NCBI GenBank assembly: GCA_965217775.1
Contig: CBDCJH010000002.1
Location: forward strand, 1,984,001 to 2,048,000
Source: Acidobacteriota bacterium
GTDB lineage: Bacteria; Acidobacteriota; UBA6911; RPQK01; JAJDTT01
Length of the DNA stretch: 64,000 nt
Direction of reading: 5' to 3'
The notes under the pieces were generated by a model. That model was not told where the DNA came from and did not search any database. It saw nothing but the letters and a program-made list of their open reading frames with translations. Within the stretch, counting starts at the first letter, position 1; each line of letters starts with the position of its first letter. This document shows positions 48,361 through 58,429 of this stretch, piece after piece. The translations under genes were made by a program, and so were the position numbers.

Positions 48361-48453
48361 AGGATCCTCCTTTATTGGATTTTGACACGAGCGACCGGCG
48401 CGGCTGGCACGCGGACCGCGATTCAACATAAAATCATCTCCGGGAGAGAAACA

Positions 48454-50187
48454 ATGAGCAAGAGAAAAACGTGGATTCTTTCGGTCGTACTGATCATTTT
48501 CTTCGCCGGAGCGGCCATCATCTCACTGGGCCTCTATTTCGCCCTCCGTGGCTCCGTGCCCAAAGTCGAGAACGATTCGGTCGTGGAGATCGTGATTTCG
48601 GACCAGATCCGGGAATTTCCTCCAAATAATCCATTCCTTCAGATTCTTTCTCCGCAAGGGACCAGCCTCTGGCAACTGCGAAAGATTTTTCGCCGGGCGG
48701 CGGAAGACGAACGCATCAAGGCCGTGCTCCTGGAGATCCATCCCATGGCGTGGAGCTGGGCCCAGATCGAGGAACTTCGGGACCAGATCACAGTCTTCCG
48801 TGAATCGGGAAAACCGGTTCACGCGCTGCTGGCCGTGGACCTGGTCCGGGAACCGGAGTTGTACCTGGCGTCGGCCACGGACAGCGTGACCCTGAATCCG
48901 GATGCCGGCTTCCTGGTCAACGGCCTGTTGGTGGAGCAGACCTTCTTCAAGGGGACCATGGAGAAGCTGGGGATCCGCCCTGAATTCATCCAGTTCAAGG
49001 AATACAAGAGCGCCGAATCCTACAGCCGGGACAGCCTGAGTCCGGCGGTCCGAGAGATGCTGGAGACGATTGTCGTGGACCTGGAAGAGAGGTTCGTCGC
49101 CTCGGTGTCCGAGGACAGAAACTTGGAAGAAAGCGTCCTGGAGGAGTTCATGAAGCTGGGAGTGGCTTCTGCGGAGCAGGGCCTGGAACTGGGCCTCGTC
49201 GATCAAACGGGATACCGCCACCAAGTGGAAGAACTGTTGGCGGGCGATGGCGAGGACAGCAAGTACCGGTCGATTTCCGGCGCCAAATTCCTGAAGGCCG
49301 CGCGCAATGGTTCCTCGGCTCCGGCTGAGCACCGGGCCGCCGTCCTGGCCGGTGTCGGGTCCATCGTGGCCGGGAAGGGTGATCCCATGATGGAGGTCCT
49401 GGGCGGCGTCAGCCTCGCCCGCCAGCTTCGGAAGTTGCGGCAAAACGACCGGATCGAAGGGGTCATTCTGAGAGTCAACAGCCCGGGAGGATCGGCGGTG
49501 GGCTCGGACATGGTCTGGGAGGAGGTGCGGAAGCTCGAGCAGGAAGGCAAGCCCGTGGTCGTCTCCATGTCGGGCGTGGCCGGTTCGGGCGGGTACTACA
49601 TCTCCATGGGGGCGGGTCACCTCGTCTCCCAGCCTTCGACCATCACCGGTTCCATCGGGGTGATCTTCGGCAAGTTCGATTTGAGCAACCTGTATCGGTG
49701 GATGGGAATCAGCGTCGATCAGGTCAAGAGCTACCCTCACGCCGATATCTTTTCGTTGAGCCGACCCCTGGGGGCCGAACAGAGAAAGCGGGTGGAGGCC
49801 TGGACAGCCGACCTGTACCGGAAGTTCGTGACCAAGGCGGCAGACTCGAGACGGATGGAATTTCAGGACTTGGAAGAAAAGGCCCGAGGGCGCATCTACA
49901 CCGGCGCCCAGGCCAAAGCTCTGGGACTGGTCGATTCTCTGGGTGGGTTCGACGTGGCCATCCGGGAGCTGAAGCGGGCCATGTCCCTGGATGAGGACAC
50001 CCCTCTGGACCTGCACCTGCATCCGCATCCCAAGAGCTGGTGGGAAGCGGCCTTCAGCGGGGATCTCGTGTCCGTGATCCGCTCTTTCACAACGGCCTCT
50101 CCGCTGAACCGGTGGACCGCGAATCTGGTCAGACACCTCGAATCGCCCGGTCCCTGGCTGCTTGCTCCCGAACTCCGGTTCCGCTAG
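48454..50187 (+). CDS. sppA: signal peptide peptidase SppA (long form)
   Basis: N-terminal TM, YKSAE, RVNSPGGS, SGVAGSGGYYI, TITGSIGV, GRIYTGAQA. Confidence 0.9.
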   Translation: MSKRKTWILSVVLIIFFAGAAIISLGLYFALRGSVPKVENDSVVEIVISDQIREFPPNNPFLQILSPQGTSLWQLRKIFRRAAEDERIKAVLLEIHPMAWSWAQIEELRDQITVFRESGKPVHALLAVDLVREPELYLASATDSVTLNPDAGFLVNGLLVEQTFFKGTMEKLGIRPEFIQFKEYKSAESYSRDSLSPAVREMLETIVVDLEERFVASVSEDRNLEESVLEEFMKLGVASAEQGLELGLVDQTGYRHQVEELLAGDGEDSKYRSISGAKFLKAARNGSSAPAEHRAAVLAGVGSIVAGKGDPMMEVLGGVSLARQLRKLRQNDRIEGVILRVNSPGGSAVGSDMVWEEVRKLEQEGKPVVVSMSGVAGSGGYYISMGAGHLVSQPSTITGSIGVIFGKFDLSNLYRWMGISVDQVKSYPHADIFSLSRPLGAEQRKRVEAWTADLYRKFVTKAADSRRMEFQDLEEKARGRIYTGAQAKALGLVDSLGGFDVAIRELKRAMSLDEDTPLDLHLHPHPKSWWEAAFSGDLVSVIRSFTTASPLNRWTANLVRHLESPGPWLLAPELRFR

Positions 50188-50219
50188 AGTCGGAAGTCCG
50201 CCCGGGAAGGAGTTCTTCC

Positions 50220-51071
50220 ATGCCGAAGCACGTCAAAGCATTGAGAGTGCCTGACTTGCAAGAGAAGAAGCACCGTGGCGAGAAGATCTCCGCACTCACC
50301 GCCTATGACGCCACCATGGCCGCCCTGATGGACCGGGCCGGCATCGACGTTCTGTTGGTGGGTGACTCTTTGGGCACCGTGATCCTGGGATGCGACACGA
50401 CGCTGCCGGTCACCCTGGACATGATGGTGCACCACAGCCGGGCCGTCACCCGGGGAGCGCGACGCGCGCTGGTGGTTGCCGACATGCCCTTTGCCACGTA
50501 TCAGGTCTCCGTTTCCGAGGCGCTTCGCAATGCCGGACGTCTCATGCAGGAAGGCGGAGTCTCCGCGGTCAAGGTGGAAGGGGCCGGGCCGGTCCTGAAA
50601 TCCGCCCGGCACCTGGCGGAGGTGGGAATTCCAGTGATGGGGCACCTGGGCCTGACGCCGCAAAAGGTCCACGCCTTGGGAGGCCACCGGCAGCAGGCGC
50701 GGAGCCGGGAGAGCGTGGCTCGGCTGTTGGACGACGCCGCTGCCCTTGAGGACGCCGGAGTCTTCGCCCTGGTCCTGGAGTGCATTCCGGACCAAGTCGC
50801 TTTCGAAGTGACGTCGCAGCTTCGGATACCCACCATCGGCATCGGAGCCGGACCCTATTGCGACGGTCAGATCCTGGTCAGCTACGACGCCTTCGGCCTC
50901 TTCGACTCCTTCGTCCCTTCCTTCGTCAAACGCTACGCCTCCCTGGGCAGCACCATCCTGGATGCCACCGAAAACTACATCGACGACGTTCGAAGCGGAC
51001 GTTTCCCCGCTTCCAGAACGACAGACTTTTTCCGTTCCAGCGAGCCGGAGCTGGTCAAAGAGAGATCCTGA
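50220..51071 (+). CDS. panB: 3-methyl-2-oxobutanoate hydroxymethyltransferase
   Basis: LTAYD, LLVGDSLG, DMPF, VKVEG, GHLGLTPQ, IGIGAG..CDGQILV. Confidence 0.96.
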   Translation: MPKHVKALRVPDLQEKKHRGEKISALTAYDATMAALMDRAGIDVLLVGDSLGTVILGCDTTLPVTLDMMVHHSRAVTRGARRALVVADMPFATYQVSVSEALRNAGRLMQEGGVSAVKVEGAGPVLKSARHLAEVGIPVMGHLGLTPQKVHALGGHRQQARSRESVARLLDDAAALEDAGVFALVLECIPDQVAFEVTSQLRIPTIGIGAGPYCDGQILVSYDAFGLFDSFVPSFVKRYASLGSTILDATENYIDDVRSGRFPASRTTDFFRSSEPELVKERS

Positions 51072-51931
51072 TGGCCCTGGTCGTGGCCACCTCCATCGCC
51101 GGAGCCAGGAAGGCGATGGAAGGTGCCCGCCAGGGTGGGTCGTCGAGAGGCCTCGTCCCCACCATGGGAGCCCTGCACCAGGGTCATCGGAAGCTGATCC
51201 AGGTGGCGCGGCGGGAATGCGACTGGCTCGCCGTGAGCATCTTTGTGAATCCGGCCCAGTTCGGTCCGGAGGAAGACTTCGACACCTATCCGAGAGACCT
51301 GGATTCGGATCTCGCCATGTGCCGGGAATTGGGAGTCGATCTGGTCTTTCAGCCCGGCAGAGACGAAGTCTATCCGGCCACGCACAGGACTTTCGTGGAG
51401 GTCGAGACCGTGACCTCGCACCTGTGCGGCCGGTTTCGCCCCGCACATTTCCGCGGCGTCGCCACCATCGTCCTGAAACTCCTGAACATCCTGGAGCCGG
51501 ACCGAGCCTACTTCGGCGAGAAGGACGCCCAACAGACGGTGGTCGTGCGGCAATTGGCGAAGGATCTGAACCTGCCGGTGAACGTCCGCCAGGTCCCGAC
51601 GGTTCGAGACACCGACGGCTTGGCCATCAGTTCCCGGAACCGCCATCTCGGATCCCAAGAGCGAAAGGCCGCCACCGCTCTCTTTCGGACCCTGAGGCAG
51701 ATCCGGACCATGGTGCTCCAGGGAGCCCGGGACGCCGGCCAGATCCGCCGCAGCGGACTCCGGCTCCTGAGGCGGGAACCCCTGGTCCAGGTCGAGTACC
51801 TGGACTTGGTCGATCCGGAAACCATGCAGCCCGTGTCCGAGGTTCACGGCCCGGTCCGAGCCGCCGCCGCCATTCGCGTCGGCGGCGTCCGGCTGATCGA
51901 CAACCTTCTGTGCGAAGATGGAGACTGCTGA
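51071..51931 (+). CDS. panC: pantoate--beta-alanine ligase
   Basis: VPTMGALHQGH, SIFVNPAQF, RPAHFRGV, YFGEKDAQQ, DGLAISSRN, RLIDN. Confidence 0.96.
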   Translation: MALVVATSIAGARKAMEGARQGGSSRGLVPTMGALHQGHRKLIQVARRECDWLAVSIFVNPAQFGPEEDFDTYPRDLDSDLAMCRELGVDLVFQPGRDEVYPATHRTFVEVETVTSHLCGRFRPAHFRGVATIVLKLLNILEPDRAYFGEKDAQQTVVVRQLAKDLNLPVNVRQVPTVRDTDGLAISSRNRHLGSQERKAATALFRTLRQIRTMVLQGARDAGQIRRSGLRLLRREPLVQVEYLDLVDPETMQPVSEVHGPVRAAAAIRVGGVRLIDNLLCEDGDC

Positions 51932-52128
51932 AACGACTCGCTTTTACCACCTTTTTCCCAAACATCGACCTGCCGCCAGGCACCCCCCGCGCTGCCGAAT
52001 ATCTCCCTTCTCACTGCTCACTTCTCATTCCTCAAATTGACTTTCGTGCGGAAACCTTCTAGTCTGCCCTCCCGGAGTCGCTAGTCGACTATCTCAGCCA
52101 TTCGTTTCTCCGGTTCGTTCGTCCCGAT

Positions 52129-53004
52129 ATGGTCAGGAAACGGATCTATTCCACGCGGGAACTTGCCCAACTCTGGAACCTGAGCGAATCGACCATAAAG
52201 CGGTGGACCGATGCCGGGAAGCTCCAATGCGATCGGACTCCGGGCGGCCATCGAAGGTTCCAACTCAAGCATATTCAGGACTTTCAGGCTCGCCACCGAT
52301 TCGAGGGAACGGGTCTCCTCACCTCGACCGAGTGGGAGGACCCCCGATTGGAGACCTTCGTCAACCAGAGGAATTGGGCCCGGGTGAGAGAGTTGATCCT
52401 CTATCTGGCTTCCGAGAACCAGTGCGCCCCGATCAAGGATCTTCTGGAGCGGCTCTACATTCGTGGACTGAGCATGGGGGGTCTCTACGACGAGGTGCTG
52501 GCACCCATATTCGCCGGCTCCCGGGGAAATCATTCTTCCAATACCATGAGTCTGGGCCAAGCCCGGCTCGTGGAAAAGAATCTTGAAGAGGCCTTGTACT
52601 ATTTCTTTCCCGGTGTCGTCTGCCGCAGACCCCTGGGTAAGACCGGACTCTGTGCGGCGCCTGCCGCCTATTGCAGCCACTTCATCAACGGAATCTCCCG
52701 CGTCTTGAACGAAGAGGGATGGGACGCCCTGAATCTGGGCAGCAAGGTTCCGTTCGATGCGATGGCTGAAATGGTGGAGGAGCAACCGGTGAACCTGGCC
52801 TGCGTCCACGCCCGGAAGAGACTGAGTGACAAGTCGAAGGACCGTTTCCGGGCGTTGAACGTGGCCTGTGAACGCTACCGTATTCCGGTCCTTCTGTTGG
52901 GTCCGGGTTTTTCGACGCCCGGATCTAGGATGGACCTTTCCTACGACGAGTACATCCCCAGCTTTCGGGACTTCTCCGACTATATTCAGCGCGTGGTTCA
53001 CTGA
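52129..53004 (+). CDS. MerR/excisionase-type HTH regulator with a degenerate B12-binding-like C-domain
   Basis: YSTRELAQLWNLSESTIKRWTDAG.L...RTPGGHRRF; YDEVLAP; GWDALNLGSKVP. Confidence 0.75.
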   Translation: MVRKRIYSTRELAQLWNLSESTIKRWTDAGKLQCDRTPGGHRRFQLKHIQDFQARHRFEGTGLLTSTEWEDPRLETFVNQRNWARVRELILYLASENQCAPIKDLLERLYIRGLSMGGLYDEVLAPIFAGSRGNHSSNTMSLGQARLVEKNLEEALYYFFPGVVCRRPLGKTGLCAAPAAYCSHFINGISRVLNEEGWDALNLGSKVPFDAMAEMVEEQPVNLACVHARKRLSDKSKDRFRALNVACERYRIPVLLLGPGFSTPGSRMDLSYDEYIPSFRDFSDYIQRVVH

Positions 53005-53023
53005 ATCGAAAGACACGTCCGGG

Positions 53024-54079
53024 TCACGAGCCGTGGTCCTCCCCACGTAGTCTCCGCACCAGATCCTGGTACAGCCGGACACCCGCCTCCAGCTCGGCCT
53101 TGGAAACCCTCTCTTCGGCCGTGTGAGCCACCAGTATGGACCCGGGTCCCACCAGGAGCGGACGTCCCAGGGCTCTCAGGGCCGGCACATCCGTCCCGTA
53201 TCCCACGACCTTGGTGGGCAGCCCGGGGATCGACGCCATTTCCTGAGGTTCCGAGGTCGCGCGGATCTCCAAATTCGCCCGACCCGAAGCCCACTCTTTC
53301 AGAATTCCCACGTATCCGCTGTTTTCGGTCACGGTCCGGAGCAGGATCTCGGCTTCGGCCAGATCCGGAATCACGTTCGGCGCGTGGCCTCCCCGGATCA
53401 ATCCCACGTTGACGCTGGTTTCACCGAGCGTGGCGTCGGAGGGAAACTTCAGGGACTGCAACTCGGCCAGGAGGGACACCAGCTTGTCGATAGCCGACAC
53501 GCCCTGCTCGGGATAGGCGGAGTGGGCCGTGACCCCGTCACAACGCAACACGGCGTAGACCATGCCCTTGTGGCCCACCACCAATTCGTTGTCGGTGGGC
53601 TCGCCGTCAATAATATAGTTGCAGCGCAGACCCAGCTCCCTGGCCTTCCAGGCGCCGTCGCTTTCCGTCTCCTCCCCCACCACGAAGAGAAGCCCCAGGT
53701 CCGAGATGCCCTCCTGGAGGAGCCCGTCCGCGGCGCAGATCATGGCCGCGATGAGCCCTTTGGCATCCGAAACGCCGCGTCCGTACAGGTATTCTTCGTC
53801 CTGCCGGAACTCGAAGAAGGGAGGGACCGTATCCATGTGGGTCGTCAGCAGAATCCGTGGCTCTTCCCGGATGGCCAGCACGTTGATGCGGCCCCCGGTG
53901 ACGGTCTGGGACCGGCAGTTCCACCCCTGGTTCTGAAGGTATTCCAGCAGGAAGCGTCCGACGGGCCCTTCCGCTCCCGTCACCGAAGGGATGTTCACCA
54001 GAGACCGGGTCAGTTCGATCAGGTCAACCAAAGCCTCACTCCCCGTTATAGACGGCTCGAACCGAAGTGGTGATGCCAC
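53024..54079 (-). CDS. M20 family metallopeptidase / acetylornithine deacetylase-like
   Basis: [45 protein letters not shown]; the true start may be ~15 codons downstream. Confidence 0.88.
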   Translation of the reverse strand: MASPLRFEPSITGSEALVDLIELTRSLVNIPSVTGAEGPVGRFLLEYLQNQGWNCRSQTVTGGRINVLAIREEPRILLTTHMDTVPPFFEFRQDEEYLYGRGVSDAKGLIAAMICAADGLLQEGISDLGLLFVVGEETESDGAWKARELGLRCNYIIDGEPTDNELVVGHKGMVYAVLRCDGVTAHSAYPEQGVSAIDKLVSLLAELQSLKFPSDATLGETSVNVGLIRGGHAPNVIPDLAEAEILLRTVTENSGYVGILKEWASGRANLEIRATSEPQEMASIPGLPTKVVGYGTDVPALRALGRPLLVGPGSILVAHTAEERVSKAELEAGVRLYQDLVRRLRGEDHGS

Positions 54080-54383
54080 CTCGTACGGTAAAGTCCCCGA
54101 TCACTTCGCAGCGAATCGGCCGAGATGCGGCCACCAGATCGTCCAGGATTTTGTTGACCACCGATTCGTAGAAGATCCCCTGGTTGCGATAGGAGAACAA
54201 ATAGAATTTCAGGGATTTCAATTCAATGACGTGTTGATCCGGAACATACCGGATCCGAATGGTCCCGAAGTCCGGCTGTCCCGTTTTGGGACACAACGAC
54301 GTGAACTCGGGACATTCGATGCTGACCTGGTACTCCCGGCCCGGGTACTGGTTCGGAAAGGTCTCCAGAATCTGGTTCGACAT
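54036..54383 (-). CDS. queF: preQ0 reductase (short type I)
   Basis: [32 protein letters not shown]. Confidence 0.95.
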   Translation of the reverse strand: MSNQILETFPNQYPGREYQVSIECPEFTSLCPKTGQPDFGTIRIRYVPDQHVIELKSLKFYLFSYRNQGIFYESVVNKILDDLVAASRPIRCEVIGDFTVRGGITTSVRAVYNGE

Positions 54384-54460
54384 GGTTCTCCCTCTCCGGC
54401 GTCGGATCTTGTCTCAGATGGGAGCGCGGGCAGGGTTTGCCGCCGGCAGTCGAGCGGCCG

Positions 54461-55414
54461 TTACGAAAGCACGTGCAGTTGGTTCGGTGGCTGCTTCAGC
54501 GCGGGAGGAAGGGCGAAGTGAACGTTTTCCTCCCGCGTCACCAGATCCTCCACTACGGCCCCGTTGCGCTCGAAGTATTGGATGACCTGGTCGACCAGGA
54601 CTTCAGGGGCCGAAGCACCCGAGGTCAGACCCACGGCCTCCACGCCTTGGAGCCATTCCTGCCGGATCTTGCTTACATTGCTGATGAGATGGGAAGGGAC
54701 TCCCGAATTGATCGCTTCCTCCACCAGGCGATTGGAATTGCTGCTGTTGGATGCTCCCACGACCAGAATCAGATCCGTGACAGCGGCCAATTCCCTCACC
54801 GCGAGTTGGCGATTCTGCGTCGCGTAACAGATGTCTTCCGACGGCGGTCCCTGAACCATGGGGAAGCGCTGCCTCAACGCGGCGATGATTTCCCGCGTGT
54901 CCTCGAGACTCAGGGTCGTCTGGGTCAGGTAGGCGATTTTTTCAGGGTCTTCAACCTCAAGCGCCTGGACATCCTCGATGTTGCTCACCAATACGGTGGA
55001 TTCCGGAGCCTCTCCCATGGTCCCGACGACCTCTTCGTGTCCCTCGTGACCGATGAGGACGATGGTATGTCCCCGCCTGGAATATCGGATGGCCTCGACA
55101 TGCACCTTCGTGACCAGCGGACAGGTGGCGTCGATGACATTGAGGGACCTGGTTCGGGCCTCGGCCCAGACCTGGGGAGACACCCCGTGCGCGCTGAAGA
55201 TGACCGTCCCGCCCGCGGGCACCCGGTCCAGCGAATCGACGAAGATCGCACCTTCCTGGCGGAGCTCGTCCACCACGTACGCATTGTGAATAATCTGCTT
55301 TCTCACGTAAATCGGCGGTGGACAGACTTCCAGCGCTACCCTGACGACATCGATGGCCCGAACCACACCGGCACAGAAGCCCCTGGGGGTGGCCAGGATC
55401 AACTTCTTGACCAT
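54461..55414 (-). CDS. ispH: 4-hydroxy-3-methylbut-2-enyl diphosphate reductase
   Basis: PRGFCAGV, SAHGV, DATCPLVTKVH, GHEEV, QTTLS, ICYATQNRQ, SSNS, GASAPE. Confidence 0.96.
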   Translation of the reverse strand: MVKKLILATPRGFCAGVVRAIDVVRVALEVCPPPIYVRKQIIHNAYVVDELRQEGAIFVDSLDRVPAGGTVIFSAHGVSPQVWAEARTRSLNVIDATCPLVTKVHVEAIRYSRRGHTIVLIGHEGHEEVVGTMGEAPESTVLVSNIEDVQALEVEDPEKIAYLTQTTLSLEDTREIIAALRQRFPMVQGPPSEDICYATQNRQLAVRELAAVTDLILVVGASNSSNSNRLVEEAINSGVPSHLISNVSKIRQEWLQGVEAVGLTSGASAPEVLVDQVIQYFERNGAVVEDLVTREENVHFALPPALKQPPNQLHVLS

Positions 55415-55529
55415 AGCGTAGGGATCGTAGCATAAACCTCCCGGCGTGAGCATCGAGACCGAGTTGCGGTTCGTGAAGCCAGGGAACTGCGACCGGTCAA
55501 CAGTCCGTGGTGACTTTTGCCACGGGCTG

Positions 55530-56561
55530 TCAAGACCGTTTCGGGACTGGACTCGAATAGGGACAACAACCGCCGGGACACAAGTCCGGCCCGGGTGCCC
55601 GGGCGCCCAGGAACCGGCGCCGGGTCCCTCGGGTCCGTTCCCGGACAAGCTCGCCGACCATGCTCACGAAAGCGGGATGGGTCCCCGCCGTCGCGGCTCG
55701 CACCAGGTTCAGACCCAGAGAGCGGGCCAGATCGGCCAGTTCCACGTCCAGATCGAAGACCACCTCCATGTGATCGGAGATGAAGCCGATGGGAGAGACC
55801 ACCACGTCCCGGACACCCCGACTCGCGAATCCCCGGAGGTGGTCGCCGGCATCCGGCTCCAACCAGGGCTGGTGAGGTGGTCCGCTCCGGCTCTGATAGG
55901 CCAGGCTCCATCCGGAATGGGGAACCTGATTCGCCACCAGCCGGCAGGTCTCCCGCAACTGGTCCACGTAGTCGCAGCCCCGGGCCATGGCCAGCGGAAT
56001 GCTGTGGGCGGTGAACAACAGTTGCGCCCGGGACCTCCGGAAACGTGGGATCTGCGCCAGGGCGGCGCGAACTCGATCCCGATTGGATTCGATGAACCCC
56101 GGATGATTGTAGAAGACCCGAAGCTTGTGGATCTCCGGCGGCGGAGCCCCCGTCTCCTGCTGGGCTCGTTGGATGTCCTCCAGGTACTGGCGGCATCCGG
56201 AGTAGGAGCTGTAGGCCGAGGTCACGAAGGCCAGTGCCTTCCTGATGCCGGCGGCGGCCATCTCTCCAAGAGTCTGAGAAAGCAAGGGATGCCAGTTTCG
56301 ATTTCCCCAATAGATCGGCAGGTCGGGCCCCTTCTCCCGCAGTTCCCGGCGCACGGCTTGGATCAGCTTCCGGTTCTGCCGGTTGATGGGGCTCACGCCA
56401 TCGAAGATCCGGTAGTGATGGGCCACTTCCCGGATCCTCTCCTCCGGCACGCGCTTTCCCCGCAGCACGTTTCTGAGAAAGGGCTCCACTTCGTCCATGC
56501 CTTCGGGCCCTCCGAAGGAAATCACCAGCAGCGCGTCATAGGGCGGCTCATTCATGCGCAT
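55530..56561 (-). CDS. hemH: ferrochelatase
   Basis: SFGGPE, GNRNWHP, LFTAHSIP, YQSRSGPP..PWLEPD, GFISDHMEV. Confidence 0.92.
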   Translation of the reverse strand: MRMNEPPYDALLVISFGGPEGMDEVEPFLRNVLRGKRVPEERIREVAHHYRIFDGVSPINRQNRKLIQAVRRELREKGPDLPIYWGNRNWHPLLSQTLGEMAAAGIRKALAFVTSAYSSYSGCRQYLEDIQRAQQETGAPPPEIHKLRVFYNHPGFIESNRDRVRAALAQIPRFRRSRAQLLFTAHSIPLAMARGCDYVDQLRETCRLVANQVPHSGWSLAYQSRSGPPHQPWLEPDAGDHLRGFASRGVRDVVVSPIGFISDHMEVVFDLDVELADLARSLGLNLVRAATAGTHPAFVSMVGELVRERTRGTRRRFLGARAPGPDLCPGGCCPYSSPVPKRS

Positions 56562-56744
56562 CCGTCTCCACGCTCCCCAGTATATCGCTGGGAGTGCCGC
56601 CTTCCAGGTCGGGAAACGACTGCACCGTACCGTTCACGATGACGCTTCTCTCCCGTAATTCCCGATGGAAAAGGGAGTTTCGGGAAAGTCACCGGAACTG
56701 CTATAGTTTGGTCGATTTACCTTCGGCTTACCCTGGAGAACACC

Positions 56745-58382
56745 GTGGAAAAGAGCTGGTTGCGACATTACGACGAGGCCGTCCCCACATCCATCGACTA
56801 CCCGAATATCGACCTCTACTCCCTGTTTCGACAAGCCGTCGAGGAGCATCCCCGCGGCACTGCGACGCGCTTTTTCGGTGCCCGGGTGCGGTATGGCGAG
56901 TTGGGAAGGAAGGTGGATCGATTCGCCTCGGTCCTGGCCTCCCTGGGCGTGGAAAAGGGAGATCGGGTGGCTCTGATATTGCCCAATATGCCTCTCTACC
57001 CCATCGCCCATTTCGCGGTTCTGAAACTGGGCGCCGTCCTGGTCCCCACCAACCCCCTCTACGTGGAGCGGGAGCTGCGGTATCAGCTCACGGACTCGGG
57101 GGCCGAGACGGTGGTGGTGCTGGACAAGCTCCTGGGCCGTCTTCTCTCCGTTCGGGAGCGGACTCCGGTGAAACGAATCATTTCCGCTGGAATCCAGGAG
57201 TTTCTTCCTGCCGTCCTGGGAGTTCTGTACGGACTCAAGAACCGGTCCTCCGAGCCCCCTCCGACGGCACCCGGACTGTATGAGTACCGGGACCTGATGA
57301 AGCGCAAGGTCCCTTCCCGGGAGGGCGCGGACGTTTCTCCGGACGACACCGCCATCCTGCTTTACACCGGAGGCACCACCGGCATCTCCAAAGGGGCGAT
57401 CCTGACCCACCGCAATCTGGTCTGCAACGTTCATCAGACCAATTCGTGGCTCGCGGACCTCCAGGTGAAGCAGGAGATCTTTTTCTGCGCGCTCCCCTTC
57501 TTCCACAGCTACGGACTGACCACCGGCCTCCATTTGGCCGTCCTCTGCCGGTGCACCATGATTCTCCTTCCCCGTGTCGATCTGGCCGACGTGGTCAAGC
57601 GAATCCGCAAGCACCGGCCGACCATCTTCTGCGGTGTCCCTGCCATGTACAACGCCATCAACAATTACTCCGGCATCAAGAGTTCGGACCTCTCCTCCAT
57701 CCGCCTCTGCGTCAGTGGAGGAGCCGGCCTGCCATCCGACGTCCAGGCCCGCTTCGAGGAGATGTCCGGCGGAAAATTGGTGGAGGGATACGGCCTCTCG
57801 GAGGCTTCACCGCTCGTGAGCGTGAACCCCATCTTCGGCAACCGCAAGAATGGAACCATCGGAGTGCCCGTCGCCGACACCGACGCGCGGATCGTGGACC
57901 CCGACACCGGGAACGTCCTGCCGGACGGCGAAGTCGGCGAGCTCTCGGTCTCCGGACCCCAGGTGATGCAAGGCTACTGGAACAAACCGGAGGAGACCGC
58001 GAACGTGCTGCAGGACGGTTGGCTCAAGACCGGCGACATGGCGGCGATGGATGAGGACGGGTACTTCACCATCGTGGATCGGAAGAAGGATCTGATCCTG
58101 AGCGCCGGAATGAACATCTATTCCCGCGAAGTGGAGGAGGTTCTCTACCAGCACCCCAGCGTCCAGGATGCTGCCGTGGTGGGTGTTCCCAGTCCGGTCC
58201 GGGGCGAGGTCCCCAAGGCCTTCATCGTGCTCAAGGAAGGCCACGAATTGACCAGACGGGACGTGATTCGCTTCTGCCACGGGAAGCTGGCTCGATTCAA
58301 GATCCCCAGGCACGTGGAATTCCGGGATGAGCTCCCCAAGAGCGCGATTGGAAAAATACTGAAGCGTCTTCTCAAAGATTAG
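56745..58382 (+). CDS. long-chain fatty acid--CoA ligase
   Basis: YTGGTTGISKG, EGYGLSEASP, GPQVMQGYW, TGD, DRKKD, LPKSAIGKIL. Confidence 0.92.
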   Translation: MEKSWLRHYDEAVPTSIDYPNIDLYSLFRQAVEEHPRGTATRFFGARVRYGELGRKVDRFASVLASLGVEKGDRVALILPNMPLYPIAHFAVLKLGAVLVPTNPLYVERELRYQLTDSGAETVVVLDKLLGRLLSVRERTPVKRIISAGIQEFLPAVLGVLYGLKNRSSEPPPTAPGLYEYRDLMKRKVPSREGADVSPDDTAILLYTGGTTGISKGAILTHRNLVCNVHQTNSWLADLQVKQEIFFCALPFFHSYGLTTGLHLAVLCRCTMILLPRVDLADVVKRIRKHRPTIFCGVPAMYNAINNYSGIKSSDLSSIRLCVSGGAGLPSDVQARFEEMSGGKLVEGYGLSEASPLVSVNPIFGNRKNGTIGVPVADTDARIVDPDTGNVLPDGEVGELSVSGPQVMQGYWNKPEETANVLQDGWLKTGDMAAMDEDGYFTIVDRKKDLILSAGMNIYSREVEEVLYQHPSVQDAAVVGVPSPVRGEVPKAFIVLKEGHELTRRDVIRFCHGKLARFKIPRHVEFRDELPKSAIGKILKRLLKD

Positions 58383-58429
58383 TCTTTCAATAGTATTCGT
58401 AAAACAGTTTTTTAAATTCAAGAATTGCT

